This document shows positions 27,767 through 36,549 of a stretch of DNA of 64,000 bases, piece after piece. The stretch lies in the NCBI GenBank assembly GCA_007376185.1, contig VMFS01000001.1, positions 94,206-158,205 of the forward strand, read 5' to 3'. The notes below the pieces were generated by a model. The model saw nothing but the letters and a program-made list of their open reading frames with translations, did not search any database and had not been told where the DNA came from. Position numbers and translations under genes: made by a program. The number at the start of each line of letters is the position of its first letter. Positions within the stretch are counted from its first letter, which is position 1. This DNA is from Parcubacteria group bacterium Gr01-1014_30. GTDB taxonomy: Bacteria; Patescibacteriota; Minisyncoccia; Minisyncoccales; 2-12-FULL-40-12.

Positions 27767-28915
27767 ATGGCAAAAGCGGTCCAAGAGGTTCTCGTGCGCT
27801 ATGGCGAGATTTTTTTGAAGTCACCGTTTGTTTTCAGGCAGTTTGAAAAAAAGCTTGTAGAAAACGTAGCCAGAGTTTTCAAAAGAAGGGGCGTAAAGTT
27901 TAAAATAAGAAAAGAAAGGGGCCGCATTTTTGTTGAGGCGCCAGTTTCAGAAGCCCGTGAGCTCCAAAATGTCTTCGGAGTTGTTTCTTTTTCGCCTGTT
28001 TGGCGGCTTGGTTCGGTAAAACTCAAGGATATAAAAAATTTTTGCAAAGATAAATTTAAGGGATTTGTCAAAAAGGGAGAAACGTTTGCAGTCAGGGCTA
28101 AGAGGGTGGGCAACCACAACTTTTCCAGTAAGGATTTGGAGGTAGAAGTGGGTAAAGTCGTTAGGGGAAAAGTTGACTTATCAAGGCCGCAAAAAGAGAT
28201 TTTCGTTGAGGTAAGAGAAAATGAGGCCTATATTTTTACGGAGGTTTTTCAGGGGCCGGGAGGGTTGCCGGTTTCAAGTTCCGGCAAAGTCGTTTCTTTC
28301 ATTTCCGGGGGCATTGATTCGGCTGTTTCTTCCTGGCTTGCCATGAAAAGGGGCTGCCAAGTCGTTTTTCTGCATTTTCACAGCTTCCCGCTTGTTTCTC
28401 AAAAAAGCATTGAGAAAACTAAAACCATTGTTGAAAAGTTAAACGATTATCAGTTCAACGGCAAGCTCATTTTGATCCCTTTCCAGAAAGTTCAGCAGTT
28501 ATTGAAACTTGGAGCGCCGGCCAAGTATTTAGTTGTTTTGTACAGGCGCTCGATGGTTCGGGTTGGTCAAAACTTGGCCGAGGAAGAAAAAGCCAAAGCT
28601 TTGTTCACGGGCGAGTCCTTGGGACAGGTTTCCTCTCAAACTTTGCCGAACTTAGCAGTTATTGACGAAGCCGCCAAGCTTCCCGTTTTCAGGCCTTTGA
28701 TAGGTATGGACAAAGCGGAAATTATTGACATTGCCCGAAAAATAGGTACTTTTGAAACGTCAATTTTGCCACAGGAGGACTGCTGCCAGCTTTTTGTGCC
28801 AAAACACCCTGCCACACAAGCCAACGTGGCGCTGATAAAAGATATTGAAAAGAAAGTAGGCGTTCAAAAACTGGAAAGGGAAATCTTAAAAGAGAAGCGG
28901 GAGATTTTTGTTTAA
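27767..28915 (+). CDS. thiI: tRNA 4-thiouridine synthase ThiI
   Basis: THUMP-like N-terminus. PP-loop SGGIDSAVS. The ATG at 27767 follows the Nif3 stop. Confidence 0.8.
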   Translation: MAKAVQEVLVRYGEIFLKSPFVFRQFEKKLVENVARVFKRRGVKFKIRKERGRIFVEAPVSEARELQNVFGVVSFSPVWRLGSVKLKDIKNFCKDKFKGFVKKGETFAVRAKRVGNHNFSSKDLEVEVGKVVRGKVDLSRPQKEIFVEVRENEAYIFTEVFQGPGGLPVSSSGKVVSFISGGIDSAVSSWLAMKRGCQVVFLHFHSFPLVSQKSIEKTKTIVEKLNDYQFNGKLILIPFQKVQQLLKLGAPAKYLVVLYRRSMVRVGQNLAEEEKAKALFTGESLGQVSSQTLPNLAVIDEAAKLPVFRPLIGMDKAEIIDIARKIGTFETSILPQEDCCQLFVPKHPATQANVALIKDIEKKVGVQKLEREILKEKREIFV

Positions 28916-28963
28916 TGTTGCAGTGGCTTTCGGCGTTGCCGCTTTTGAAGTAAGCAAGTCCAG

Positions 28964-29035
28964 GTCCCTATAGCTCAGTGGATAGAGCGCCGGCCTCCGG
29001 AGCCGGAAACAGAGGTTCAAATCCTCTTAGGGACA
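28964..29035 (+). tRNA. tRNA-Arg (anticodon CCG)
   Basis: Cloverleaf folded by hand: acceptor GTCCCTA/TAGGGAC, D arm GCTC-AGTGGATA-GAGC, anticodon loop CTCCGGA, T arm AGAGG-TTCAAAT-CCTCT. Confidence 0.75.
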
Positions 29036-29045
29036 CAAACCTTTA

Positions 29046-29118
29046 TGCGCCCGGCAGGACTCGAACCTGCAGTCTCTTCCTCCGCAGGGAAACGCTTTAT
29101 CCATTAAGCTACGGGCGC
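29046..29118 (-). tRNA. tRNA-Arg (anticodon GCG as read, unusual)
   Basis: The reverse complement folds as acceptor GCGCCCG/CGGGCGC, D arm GCTT-AATGGATA-AAGC, anticodon loop CTGCGGA, T arm GCAGG-TTCGAGT-CCTGC. Confidence 0.65.
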
Positions 29119-29279
29119 AACCTGTTTTATGATACCGCCAAGGCCGCTTTACTTCAAGCCCCGTATATCATCTTCGACAGGATTTTCTTTTAGAAAATCC
29201 TGTAATCGCGAAGCGAGTCGAAGTTGTATTACGGGGCAAGGTTGACTTAGTTTATTTTAATAGGTAAGATATAGCCATT

Positions 29280-29368
29280 GGAGGAGTGCGTGAGTGGTTC
29301 AAACGAGCGGCTTGCTAAGCCGTGGCGGCCTAATAAGTCGCCCGTGGGTTCAAATCCCACCTCCTCCG
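29280..29368 (+). tRNA. tRNA-Ser (anticodon GCT), type II with long variable arm
   Basis: Acceptor GGAGGAG/CTCCTCC. Anticodon stem-loop GCGGC-TTGCTAA-GCCGT. Long variable arm. T arm GTGGG-TTCAAAT-CCCAC. Confidence 0.75.
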
Positions 29369-29414
29369 CACTTCGGAAGCTCAGTGCAAGCATTTGTTTT
29401 AAGAGTATAAATTA

Positions 29415-29576
29415 ATGAGTATGTGGTACACGTATGTGCTTCTTTGCGATCAGAAAACTTTTTATGTAGGAGTTACAGATAACCCTGTAGCGAGGATAGG
29501 TCAACATAGAAATAGAAAACCACTTTTTACTAAAAAGTTTTTCCCACCTCCTCCGCTTTCTGGAGGGTTCGCCTAA
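29415..29576 (+). pseudogene. truncated GIY-YIG nuclease gene remnant running into tRNA-Ser(TGA)
   Basis: Translation MSMWYTYVLLCDQKTFYVGVTDNPVARIGQHRN is the GIY-YIG N-terminal motif. Compare the intact paralogue at 48518-48775. The ORF stops after 54 aa inside the tRNA. Confidence 0.6.
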
Positions 29577-29646
29577 TGGTATGGCACCGCTCTTGAAAAG
29601 CGGCGGACGAAAGTCCTTAGAGGTTCGAGTCCTCTACCCTCCGCCA
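29562..29646 (+). tRNA. tRNA-Ser (anticodon TGA) with encoded CCA
   Basis: Acceptor GGAGGGT/ACCCTCC. Anticodon stem-loop CCGCT-CTTGAAA-AGCGG. Long variable arm. Ends GCCA. Confidence 0.75.
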
Positions 29647-29776
29647 GTTATCAACCATTGTCTTCTTGCACTAGAATAACCGAAATAATAAAATGAAATC
29701 AGGACATTTCTGCCGGACTTGTTGGGGAGTCCAGGTCTATTTGAAGCATCATAATAAGAATTTTAACTTTTTTATT

Positions 29777-30715
29777 ATGAAAAAATTACTGCTAACTTTT
29801 TTATTGATAGTTTTTGTATTTCTATTTTTACTCGCATTTCAAGCCAATGCCGTAACCACGCTCTTTATTAAGGGTGACAGTTCAGAAATAAGTGGAGTAA
29901 CCAATGGTTCAATTTTAACACCCAATGTACGTCCGGCTTTATTAGTAGGAACAGTTATTGTTAAAGGTACAGGATCAGTCAACTTTGCTCCAGCTAATAC
30001 TGGAGATGGTGTATTTTTTAAGTTTGGAGGAGCGCAAAATGTAAATTCGGCTTTCTACAGACTGGTTGGAAACGGCGTTGGCGATGTATTTAATTCTAAT
30101 CAAGGTGATATAATTTTTTATTTAAAATCTAATTATAGCTTTGCCGAAAGAAAAGCCCTAACTGACCCCCCTCCTATAGGTAGTTATGTCTTTGATGTTG
30201 TTGATGGAAATAATATAAAATTTTATAAATTTTATGTTTTAACAAGCGAGGTTGGAAAATTATCTTTTGTTTATCAGGTAAATGGTTCGTCTGATATTAC
30301 TTACGAAGTGCCAGCTGGTCAAGAAGATGTATTTTTTGGAAAAGACGTAATTTTAAAAATCCACATAAGCTGGATTGGGAATACAGTCTCTTTGTATTTA
30401 AACCAAAACCTCGTTAATGCCACTAATTACACACCTCAAACTCCCAATTGGACAAGTATTTCCGGAATAATTATAGGAGCTGCTCAGGGCGGTTTTTTTG
30501 CTTCACCTGATATTATAGATGATTTTTTTGTTGGAGAACCAACTCCTACACCTACTCCTACGCCAACTCCTACGCCAACTCCAATACCAAGAATATATAG
30601 CCAGACCTCAGATTTTTTCGACGCCACTACTGTTCATCCAGAAGCCAAGGGATTTCAATTAGCCGACTATGACCCCGTAAGTAAAAAGGTTGTCTTTTAT
30701 CCATGGGGGGGGTGA
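29777..30715 (+). CDS. N-terminal part of a large secreted surface protein (signal peptide, lectin-like region, PT-repeat linker); frame broken at a G8 tract
   Basis: The internal ATG at 29777 gives MKKLLLTFLLIVFVFLFLLAFQANA. A (PT)n linker follows. The ORF ends at a TGA created by the G8 run at 30705-30712. Confidence 0.6.
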   Translation: MKKLLLTFLLIVFVFLFLLAFQANAVTTLFIKGDSSEISGVTNGSILTPNVRPALLVGTVIVKGTGSVNFAPANTGDGVFFKFGGAQNVNSAFYRLVGNGVGDVFNSNQGDIIFYLKSNYSFAERKALTDPPPIGSYVFDVVDGNNIKFYKFYVLTSEVGKLSFVYQVNGSSDITYEVPAGQEDVFFGKDVILKIHISWIGNTVSLYLNQNLVNATNYTPQTPNWTSISGIIIGAAQGGFFASPDIIDDFFVGEPTPTPTPTPTPTPTPIPRIYSQTSDFFDATTVHPEAKGFQLADYDPVSKKVVFYPWGG

Positions 30716-33659
30716 AGGCGATAATCCCCGTGGTGTTATATTATCTTATCAAACCGATAAAAACTTTTTAGATAAAACAAGCTACGAAGCTTCTGACCTC
30801 ACCCAGTTAATCGCCCCAGAAGCTGAGGGCTTTGGCGCCGGCTGCCTAGGTACAAATGGGTGGTTTTATCTCCCAGCCAATAGAAAAGATGTAGGAAGCG
30901 GAATCCAGGCCAATACCTTAATGGTCCGCTATCTAGGAACTAGGTCAGTCACCGACCGCTCTGCCTATGAGACCTTTGATGTAGCAGTATTAGGTATGCC
31001 TAGCACCGGTTGGGCGCCTTGCATCTACCTTAACGGCTTCATCTATTACAGCCCGATTCTCCAGAAAGGAAGCACTAAAGTTCTCCACGGTATCTTCCTA
31101 AGGTATAACACCAGCCTTGCCTTTGATAATCCCTTAGCTTGGAGTTGGTATGACATTAAAACAAATGTTAATTCCAGAGCTCACGCTTTTCAATCAATGG
31201 CTGCGAAATATCCTTATGTTTATCTGATTCCTTTTGGTGTAGGTGAAAGCTTAATAGTTCGCTATGACGTCACAAAACCCTTTAACTCCCCTTCTTCTTA
31301 CGAAACTTTTGACATTGCCACCCTCAATCCTAATGTAAAAGGTCCGACAGGAGGAATAGTAGTTGGCAATACTCTCGTCCTCGTTCCCTGGAGAAATCTT
31401 TCCAAGCCATCTGGCACTCAACAAATCATGAGCACGTCTGCTGCTTATGACACTACTAAATCATTATCTGATTCAACTGCCTGGAAATTTTTCGATACCA
31501 CCACCATCGACCCTAATGCTAAAGGCTACCAATTCGGCTGGGCTGATAAGAATAGCTTTGTTCACTTTGTTCCCCAGCAGAGAGGTCATGGCCGCGTTCC
31601 GCCGTTTATTGTTTGGGATGGAGAGGGGATTTTCGATAACGCTTCATTCTGGAAAACCTATAGTAGTTCGGGTGTAAAGCCATCTACTGGTGCTGCCTAT
31701 GACGGTGAGAGTACCGCTTGGCTTGCTCCTTATGGCAGCGATGGAGATAGCGGTCTTATTACCCGCGTAAATATGGCGTATTCTGTAACTCCACCGCCTG
31801 GAGGCGGAGGCGGTGGAGGAGGAGGAGGCGGAGGAAGCGAAATTCCAGATATTACACCGCCATCGCAGGTTAGCAATTTTCAGGCCGAAGGTGCATATTC
31901 TCAGGTTTCTCTTTCTTGGACTAATCCCTCTTCTACGGACTATGCTGGAATTATAATTGTAAGAAAAGATGGTTCCACTGCTTCAAATATTAATGACGGA
32001 ACCAAGATATATGAAGGAACTGGTCAATCTTTTGTTGATACAGGTATTGTTGGCGGGCGCACCTATTACTATTCAGCCTTTACATTTGATAGTATCCCTA
32101 ACTACTCTTTTCCAGTGACTATCGTAAGTACTGCCTCCGATATTTCTGATATTCAAGTCAAAAATATTACTGACACAACGGCTATTATAACTTGGATAAG
32201 CAGTAATCCATCATCATCTAAAGTTAACTATGGGTTAACTTCAGCCTATTCATTTTCGACATTAAAGGATAATAATTTGATTACTAATCATTTAGTAATC
32301 CTAGGCAACTTAAATCCATCGACTAGTTATCATTTTCAGGTTGAATTCGCGGACTCTTTAAATCAGACGTCTATCTCCGATGATTATATTTTCACTACTG
32401 AAGCATTAACTATCCTACCCAAAATAAGTAATCTTAAAGTTTTAGAAATAACTAAAAATTCCGCTAAAATAACTTGGGATACAGACAAAGCATCCGATTC
32501 ACAAGTTGAATATGGTTTGTTCCCTACTTATGGATTAATTACTTCTTTAGACACTAATTTAGTGACTAATCATGGCATTATCCTGGCCAGTCTTTCCGAG
32601 GGCACTACTTATCATTTCAGAGTTAAATCAGGGGGAAGCGTGTCTATAAACAATACTTTTGAAACCAATCAATCTATCTCGACAGATATTACTTCGCCTT
32701 CAAAGATAACAGATCTTAAAGTTGAAGATTCAACAGAAACTTCTGTAACTTTGAGTTGGATTAGCCCAGGAGATGATGGTGTAATAGGGGTTGCCTATAG
32801 CTACGATATGCGTTGGAGTAATTCTGAAATTACTGATTTTAATTGGCAATTTGCAAAAAAGCTTGATGGATTGCCAATGCCTCTGACTTCGGGCAGAAAA
32901 CAAATTTATGATGCTATTTTTTTGAATCCCGACACAACATACTATTTTGCCATCCAGGTAAAAGATGAGGCTAATAATATATCTTTATTGTCTGAATATG
33001 TACAGGCAAAGACAAAACCAAAACAAGAAATCAGCGATTTAACTCCTGCTGGTCAGGTTAAAATTGAAAAATCAATAGGGGCTGACAGACAGGTAATTAT
33101 TGAATGGATAAATCCCTCTGACAGCGATTTTGCCAGAGTAATAATTGTATTTAAACCGGACAAAGCACCGAATAGTATAGCTGATGGCAATAATGTCTTT
33201 AATGGCAAAGATACAAAATATACCCAAATTAATTTAGAAAACGGAAAGACATACTTTTTTGCCCTTTATACCGTAGATCTTGCCGGGAATTATTCTCCTC
33301 CAGTTATCTTTAAGGTTGTTCCTAAGGCAGAAGTTACTTACTTTTCAGAAGTTAAACCGACAAATTTTGATCAAGTTACGCCATTTACTCCTCCTTCTCC
33401 AAAAACAGCAATCGCCATAACTAAAAGCCTAAGCTTTGGTTCAAGAGGAGATGAAGTTAAAAGGCTTCAAGAATTACTCTCTTTAGACTCTTCTATTTAT
33501 CCCCAAAAACTAGTGACTGGCTACTTTGGTTCTCTTACCAAGGCTGCGGTTCAAAAGTTCCAGTGCAGCCAGAAAATTGTTTGTTCAGGCACAGAAACAA
33601 CTACTGGTTATGGCCGAGTCGGTCCCAAGACCAGAACTAAATTAGATGAGGTTTTTTAA
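30690..33659 (+). CDS. C-terminal part of the same surface protein: Gly13 linker, FN3-like repeats, C-terminal peptidoglycan-binding domain
   Basis: Repeated ITWxSxxPSSSxVxYG...TxYHFxV modules are FN3-like. The C-terminal GDEVKRLQELL...GYFGSLTKAAVQKFQ is PG_binding_1-like. The ORF has no ATG and begins inside the G-run overlap. Confidence 0.6.
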   Translation: MSFIHGGGEGDNPRGVILSYQTDKNFLDKTSYEASDLTQLIAPEAEGFGAGCLGTNGWFYLPANRKDVGSGIQANTLMVRYLGTRSVTDRSAYETFDVAVLGMPSTGWAPCIYLNGFIYYSPILQKGSTKVLHGIFLRYNTSLAFDNPLAWSWYDIKTNVNSRAHAFQSMAAKYPYVYLIPFGVGESLIVRYDVTKPFNSPSSYETFDIATLNPNVKGPTGGIVVGNTLVLVPWRNLSKPSGTQQIMSTSAAYDTTKSLSDSTAWKFFDTTTIDPNAKGYQFGWADKNSFVHFVPQQRGHGRVPPFIVWDGEGIFDNASFWKTYSSSGVKPSTGAAYDGESTAWLAPYGSDGDSGLITRVNMAYSVTPPPGGGGGGGGGGGGSEIPDITPPSQVSNFQAEGAYSQVSLSWTNPSSTDYAGIIIVRKDGSTASNINDGTKIYEGTGQSFVDTGIVGGRTYYYSAFTFDSIPNYSFPVTIVSTASDISDIQVKNITDTTAIITWISSNPSSSKVNYGLTSAYSFSTLKDNNLITNHLVILGNLNPSTSYHFQVEFADSLNQTSISDDYIFTTEALTILPKISNLKVLEITKNSAKITWDTDKASDSQVEYGLFPTYGLITSLDTNLVTNHGIILASLSEGTTYHFRVKSGGSVSINNTFETNQSISTDITSPSKITDLKVEDSTETSVTLSWISPGDDGVIGVAYSYDMRWSNSEITDFNWQFAKKLDGLPMPLTSGRKQIYDAIFLNPDTTYYFAIQVKDEANNISLLSEYVQAKTKPKQEISDLTPAGQVKIEKSIGADRQVIIEWINPSDSDFARVIIVFKPDKAPNSIADGNNVFNGKDTKYTQINLENGKTYFFALYTVDLAGNYSPPVIFKVVPKAEVTYFSEVKPTNFDQVTPFTPPSPKTAIAITKSLSFGSRGDEVKRLQELLSLDSSIYPQKLVTGYFGSLTKAAVQKFQCSQKIVCSGTETTTGYGRVGPKTRTKLDEVF

Positions 33660-33763
33660 AATAGAGCACTAAATAAACACTGCTATTTATCAACACTCAT
33701 TTTTATCTTTGAAGATTTGCTGTCTTATTAAAACTTAATTATATTTAAATCAATCAATTTTTA

Positions 33764-34921
33764 ATGTTAAAGCAAAAGGGTATAACAACTACTCAAACTA
33801 TATTGATTATTGCAGTAATATTGCTATTGATTTTAATTATTAGCAGAGCTAATCGCAGACAAGACTTACAAGAAGGAGTTCCCGAAGAGATAGATATCGA
33901 TATTCCCGGAAGCATGGTTAAGAAAATTTCACTATTGGCAACGAGTTCATATGCCGGCAGAGTGGACTGGTCGCATGCAAATAACCTTATCGCATTTTCT
34001 AAAGTCGGCGACGACGGCTATGCAGATATCTATACTATGAATTCGGATGGTTCAAATAAAACCTGTTTGACTTGCGGCGCAGTCGGTGTTCCGCAGTTTT
34101 ATAACGACCAGCCGGTGTGGCACCCATCCGGAGACTATATTATCTTTCAAGCCCAGGATCCCAATTTAAGTTCTCTGTCTACGTATTTGGTGCAAGGCGG
34201 CGCAGGACTTAATAATAATTTATGGGCCATAAGTAAAGACGGACAGCGGTCCTGGCAGTTGACGCACATTGAGGATAGGGAAGCAACACTTCATTCGCAT
34301 TTTTCTCATGACGGTAAAAAGTTGCTTTGGGCGGCTCGAGAATTGCAAGACGGCAAGAAAGCCCAGTGGATGCTTAAAATCGCTGATTTTATCGTGGATG
34401 GCGGCGGCCCTCGTTTAGCCAATGAAAAAACCTATCAGCCAATGGGCGAAAATGTATTCTACGAAAGCCATAGTTTTACTCATGATGGTCAAAAGATTAT
34501 TTTTTCGGCCAGTTACACTGCCCCGGCTTTTGATTTGGATATTTATATTTTGGATCTTCGAACCAATAAGCTCACCAACCTGACCAATTCTCCCGGAGAG
34601 TGGGATGAACATTCTATTCTTTCTCCCAACAACAGATTAGCTTGGATATCAAGCAAAGGATACTCATTCACCCCCTCCGCGAATTGGGGCGCAACTCTTA
34701 AAACCGATCTCTGGCTTATGAATCTGGACGGAAGCAATAAAACAAAGGTTACTCACTTTAATGAGCCGGGCTATCCGGAATATGAGAGCGGGAAAAGGGT
34801 GATTGCTGCTGATAATTCTTGGAACAAAACCGGAGATAAGCTAGTATTAACTCTTGGCGTAATAAAAGGTAAAACCGTTGGCAGTAGGGTAGTATTAGTG
34901 GAATTTAACAGTCCTCAATGA
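33764..34921 (+). CDS. TolB-like beta-propeller (PD40 repeat) secreted/membrane-anchored protein
   Basis: N-terminal TM helix. Repeated xDGSNKTxLT/WHPSGD PD40-like blades. Paralogue of 38778-40019. Confidence 0.55.
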   Translation: MLKQKGITTTQTILIIAVILLLILIISRANRRQDLQEGVPEEIDIDIPGSMVKKISLLATSSYAGRVDWSHANNLIAFSKVGDDGYADIYTMNSDGSNKTCLTCGAVGVPQFYNDQPVWHPSGDYIIFQAQDPNLSSLSTYLVQGGAGLNNNLWAISKDGQRSWQLTHIEDREATLHSHFSHDGKKLLWAARELQDGKKAQWMLKIADFIVDGGGPRLANEKTYQPMGENVFYESHSFTHDGQKIIFSASYTAPAFDLDIYILDLRTNKLTNLTNSPGEWDEHSILSPNNRLAWISSKGYSFTPSANWGATLKTDLWLMNLDGSNKTKVTHFNEPGYPEYESGKRVIAADNSWNKTGDKLVLTLGVIKGKTVGSRVVLVEFNSPQ

Positions 34922-35049
34922 TTAAAACTGGTTGCCGTCGCCGCCCTGCCCGCCGAAGTCTACCTACTCCGCCGAAGTAGCTTCAGCTACGAAGGCCGGG
35001 CAACGCAGGCGGGGCCCAGCCAGTTCTGTTCGGATATTTTCAAACAGAC

Positions 35050-35227
35050 ACCGCCAGTTGGGAAATGAAGCACTTGGCTCGCCCGCTCCCACTTCGCCCT
35101 TCGGGCTACGAGGGACAAGTACGCGGGCTCGCCATCCGTTTTTCGGGGAAATTTCAAGCCGTTTTGCCTGCCCGCCGAAGCCTTGGCGCAGGCGGGAATT
35201 CAGTAAGGCCAGAAGCGGGCTTTTCTT
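35050..35227. repeat. GC-rich structured element, copy 1 (about 180 bp; UUCG-capped and GC-stem hairpins)
   Basis: Near-identical to 36230-36375 apart from a 33-bp indel. Much higher GC than the surroundings. Confidence 0.6.
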
Positions 35228-35244
35228 TACGGAATGGAAATTTT

Positions 35245-35292
35245 TTGATATCATAAATTTGAAATCATAATCCGTGATTTGATGATATCAAA
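35245..35292. promoter_or_regulatory. palindromic operator-like site upstream of the XRE regulator gene
   Basis: Inverted repeat TTTGATATCAT...ATGATATCAAA ends 12 bp before the ATG at 35304. Confidence 0.45.
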
Positions 35293-35303
35293 GTTTTGAA
35301 ACT

Positions 35304-35501
35304 ATGGCAACAATAGGTGAAAATATCAAAAAATACCGCAACAAACTTAGCATGACACAAGACGATCTAGTGAGAAAGTCCGGTGTGAAGCACACGACCC
35401 TTACGAAAATCGAAGGCGATTTTGTAAAAAAGCCAAGTGTTCAAGTGATAGCAAAAATCTCTAAAGCGTTGGGCGTACCAATGGAAGATTTGATAAAATA
35501 A
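35304..35501 (+). CDS. XRE-family (Cro/C1-type) helix-turn-helix transcriptional regulator
   Basis: IKKYRNKLSMTQDDLVRKSGVKHTTLTKIE is the canonical HTH_XRE. Confidence 0.8.
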   Translation: MATIGENIKKYRNKLSMTQDDLVRKSGVKHTTLTKIEGDFVKKPSVQVIAKISKALGVPMEDLIK

Positions 35502-35507
35502 AAAGGT

Positions 35508-36095
35508 ATGCAGAAAAATCTCGAAAACAACAAAATTATTATCATTACTCTTTCACTTTTAGCTGTACTTGGTGTTTTTTACTTTTATTGGAAATCTGGA
35601 AAGTCTTCAAGTATCAACGAGAATGTTGTGACTGAAAAAATAGTATTTGAGGCGGTTCCTAAAAATTATTTAGAATGTATGGAAACCGAAAATAAATATA
35701 ATTTTCGAAACAGAAATCGGTCAATGCTATCCTGTTCATATACAGTTTTTCCTGAAGAGATACCGAACATCGATCCCCAAGCGGTAGATAAAAACAAATA
35801 TGATGAATGTGTAAAAGAAAAAGGTCATCCAATTTCTTTTGCTGGAGATTGCTCATTTTTATTTTACAACCCAGATTATACATTTCCACAAAGTTTTAGA
35901 GAATGTGTCGATGAGAAAAAAGGAGAATTTACTACTTCCGTTAGACCTCGCTGTATGATTAATATTACTGTTTTAGGTGCCGCAAATGTTGATGTAGCCA
36001 ACAACTTAATCAATAAATGCGTAGCTTTGGGAGGGATGTATAGCGAAGAATTTGGTCGTCAATGCTACATAGAATTCGATGAAAGTAATCTATAG
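35508..36095 (+). CDS. Cys-rich secreted/membrane-anchored hypothetical protein
   Basis: N-terminal TM/signal helix and about 10 Cys. Co-transcribed with the XRE gene. Confidence 0.45.
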   Translation: MQKNLENNKIIIITLSLLAVLGVFYFYWKSGKSSSINENVVTEKIVFEAVPKNYLECMETENKYNFRNRNRSMLSCSYTVFPEEIPNIDPQAVDKNKYDECVKEKGHPISFAGDCSFLFYNPDYTFPQSFRECVDEKKGEFTTSVRPRCMINITVLGAANVDVANNLINKCVALGGMYSEEFGRQCYIEFDESNL

Positions 36096-36229
36096 GTCTG
36101 TTGTTAATAAGAATTTGCCGCCAAAGAAAAACTTGAAATTGTTAATGTTCGCGGCTTCGCAGCGCGGATTTCTGCCCGCCACCCACGCCGCCTTCGGCGG
36201 CGAATTCCGTTCGAGCTATTTTTAGAATA

Positions 36230-36375
36230 CACCGCCAGTTGGGAAATGAAGTCATTGGCTCGCCCGCTACGCGGGCTCGCCAGCCGTTTTTCGGGGAAAT
36301 TTCAAGCCGTTTTGCCTGCCCGCCGAAGCCTTGGCGCAGGCGGGAATTCAGTAAGGCCAGAAGCGGGCTTTTCTT
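36230..36375. repeat. GC-rich structured element, copy 2
   Basis: See copy 1. Lies about 175 bp upstream of the gene at 36550. Confidence 0.6.
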
Positions 36376-36549
36376 GAAAGAATTAAGATTTTTTGATATC
36401 GTAATCTTGAAAGCATCTTATGACAAGTTATTGCTAAAATTGCAAAGGCATTAGGTGTTGATATAGAATAGAAGATATGATAAAAAAGGTTTATACTGTG
36501 GATGAAGTCGACTCTACAATGAAATTAATAAGACCATTAAATAAAAAGT

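Noticed and set aside
31800-31840. GGAGGCGGAGG... tract as a second homopolymeric switch
   Set aside because: It is a codon-level (GGN)13 repeat encoding a Gly linker, in frame as read, not a homopolymer. It is only potentially slippage-prone.
34932-35270. ORF-track entries 34932-35270 (+), 34964-35254 (-), 35065-35256 (+) and 36239-36454 (+) with Pro/Arg/Gly-rich translations
   Set aside because: They lie entirely within the GC-rich duplicated structured repeat. Two overlapping frames on both strands are open only because of GC bias. The repeat is better explained as non-coding.
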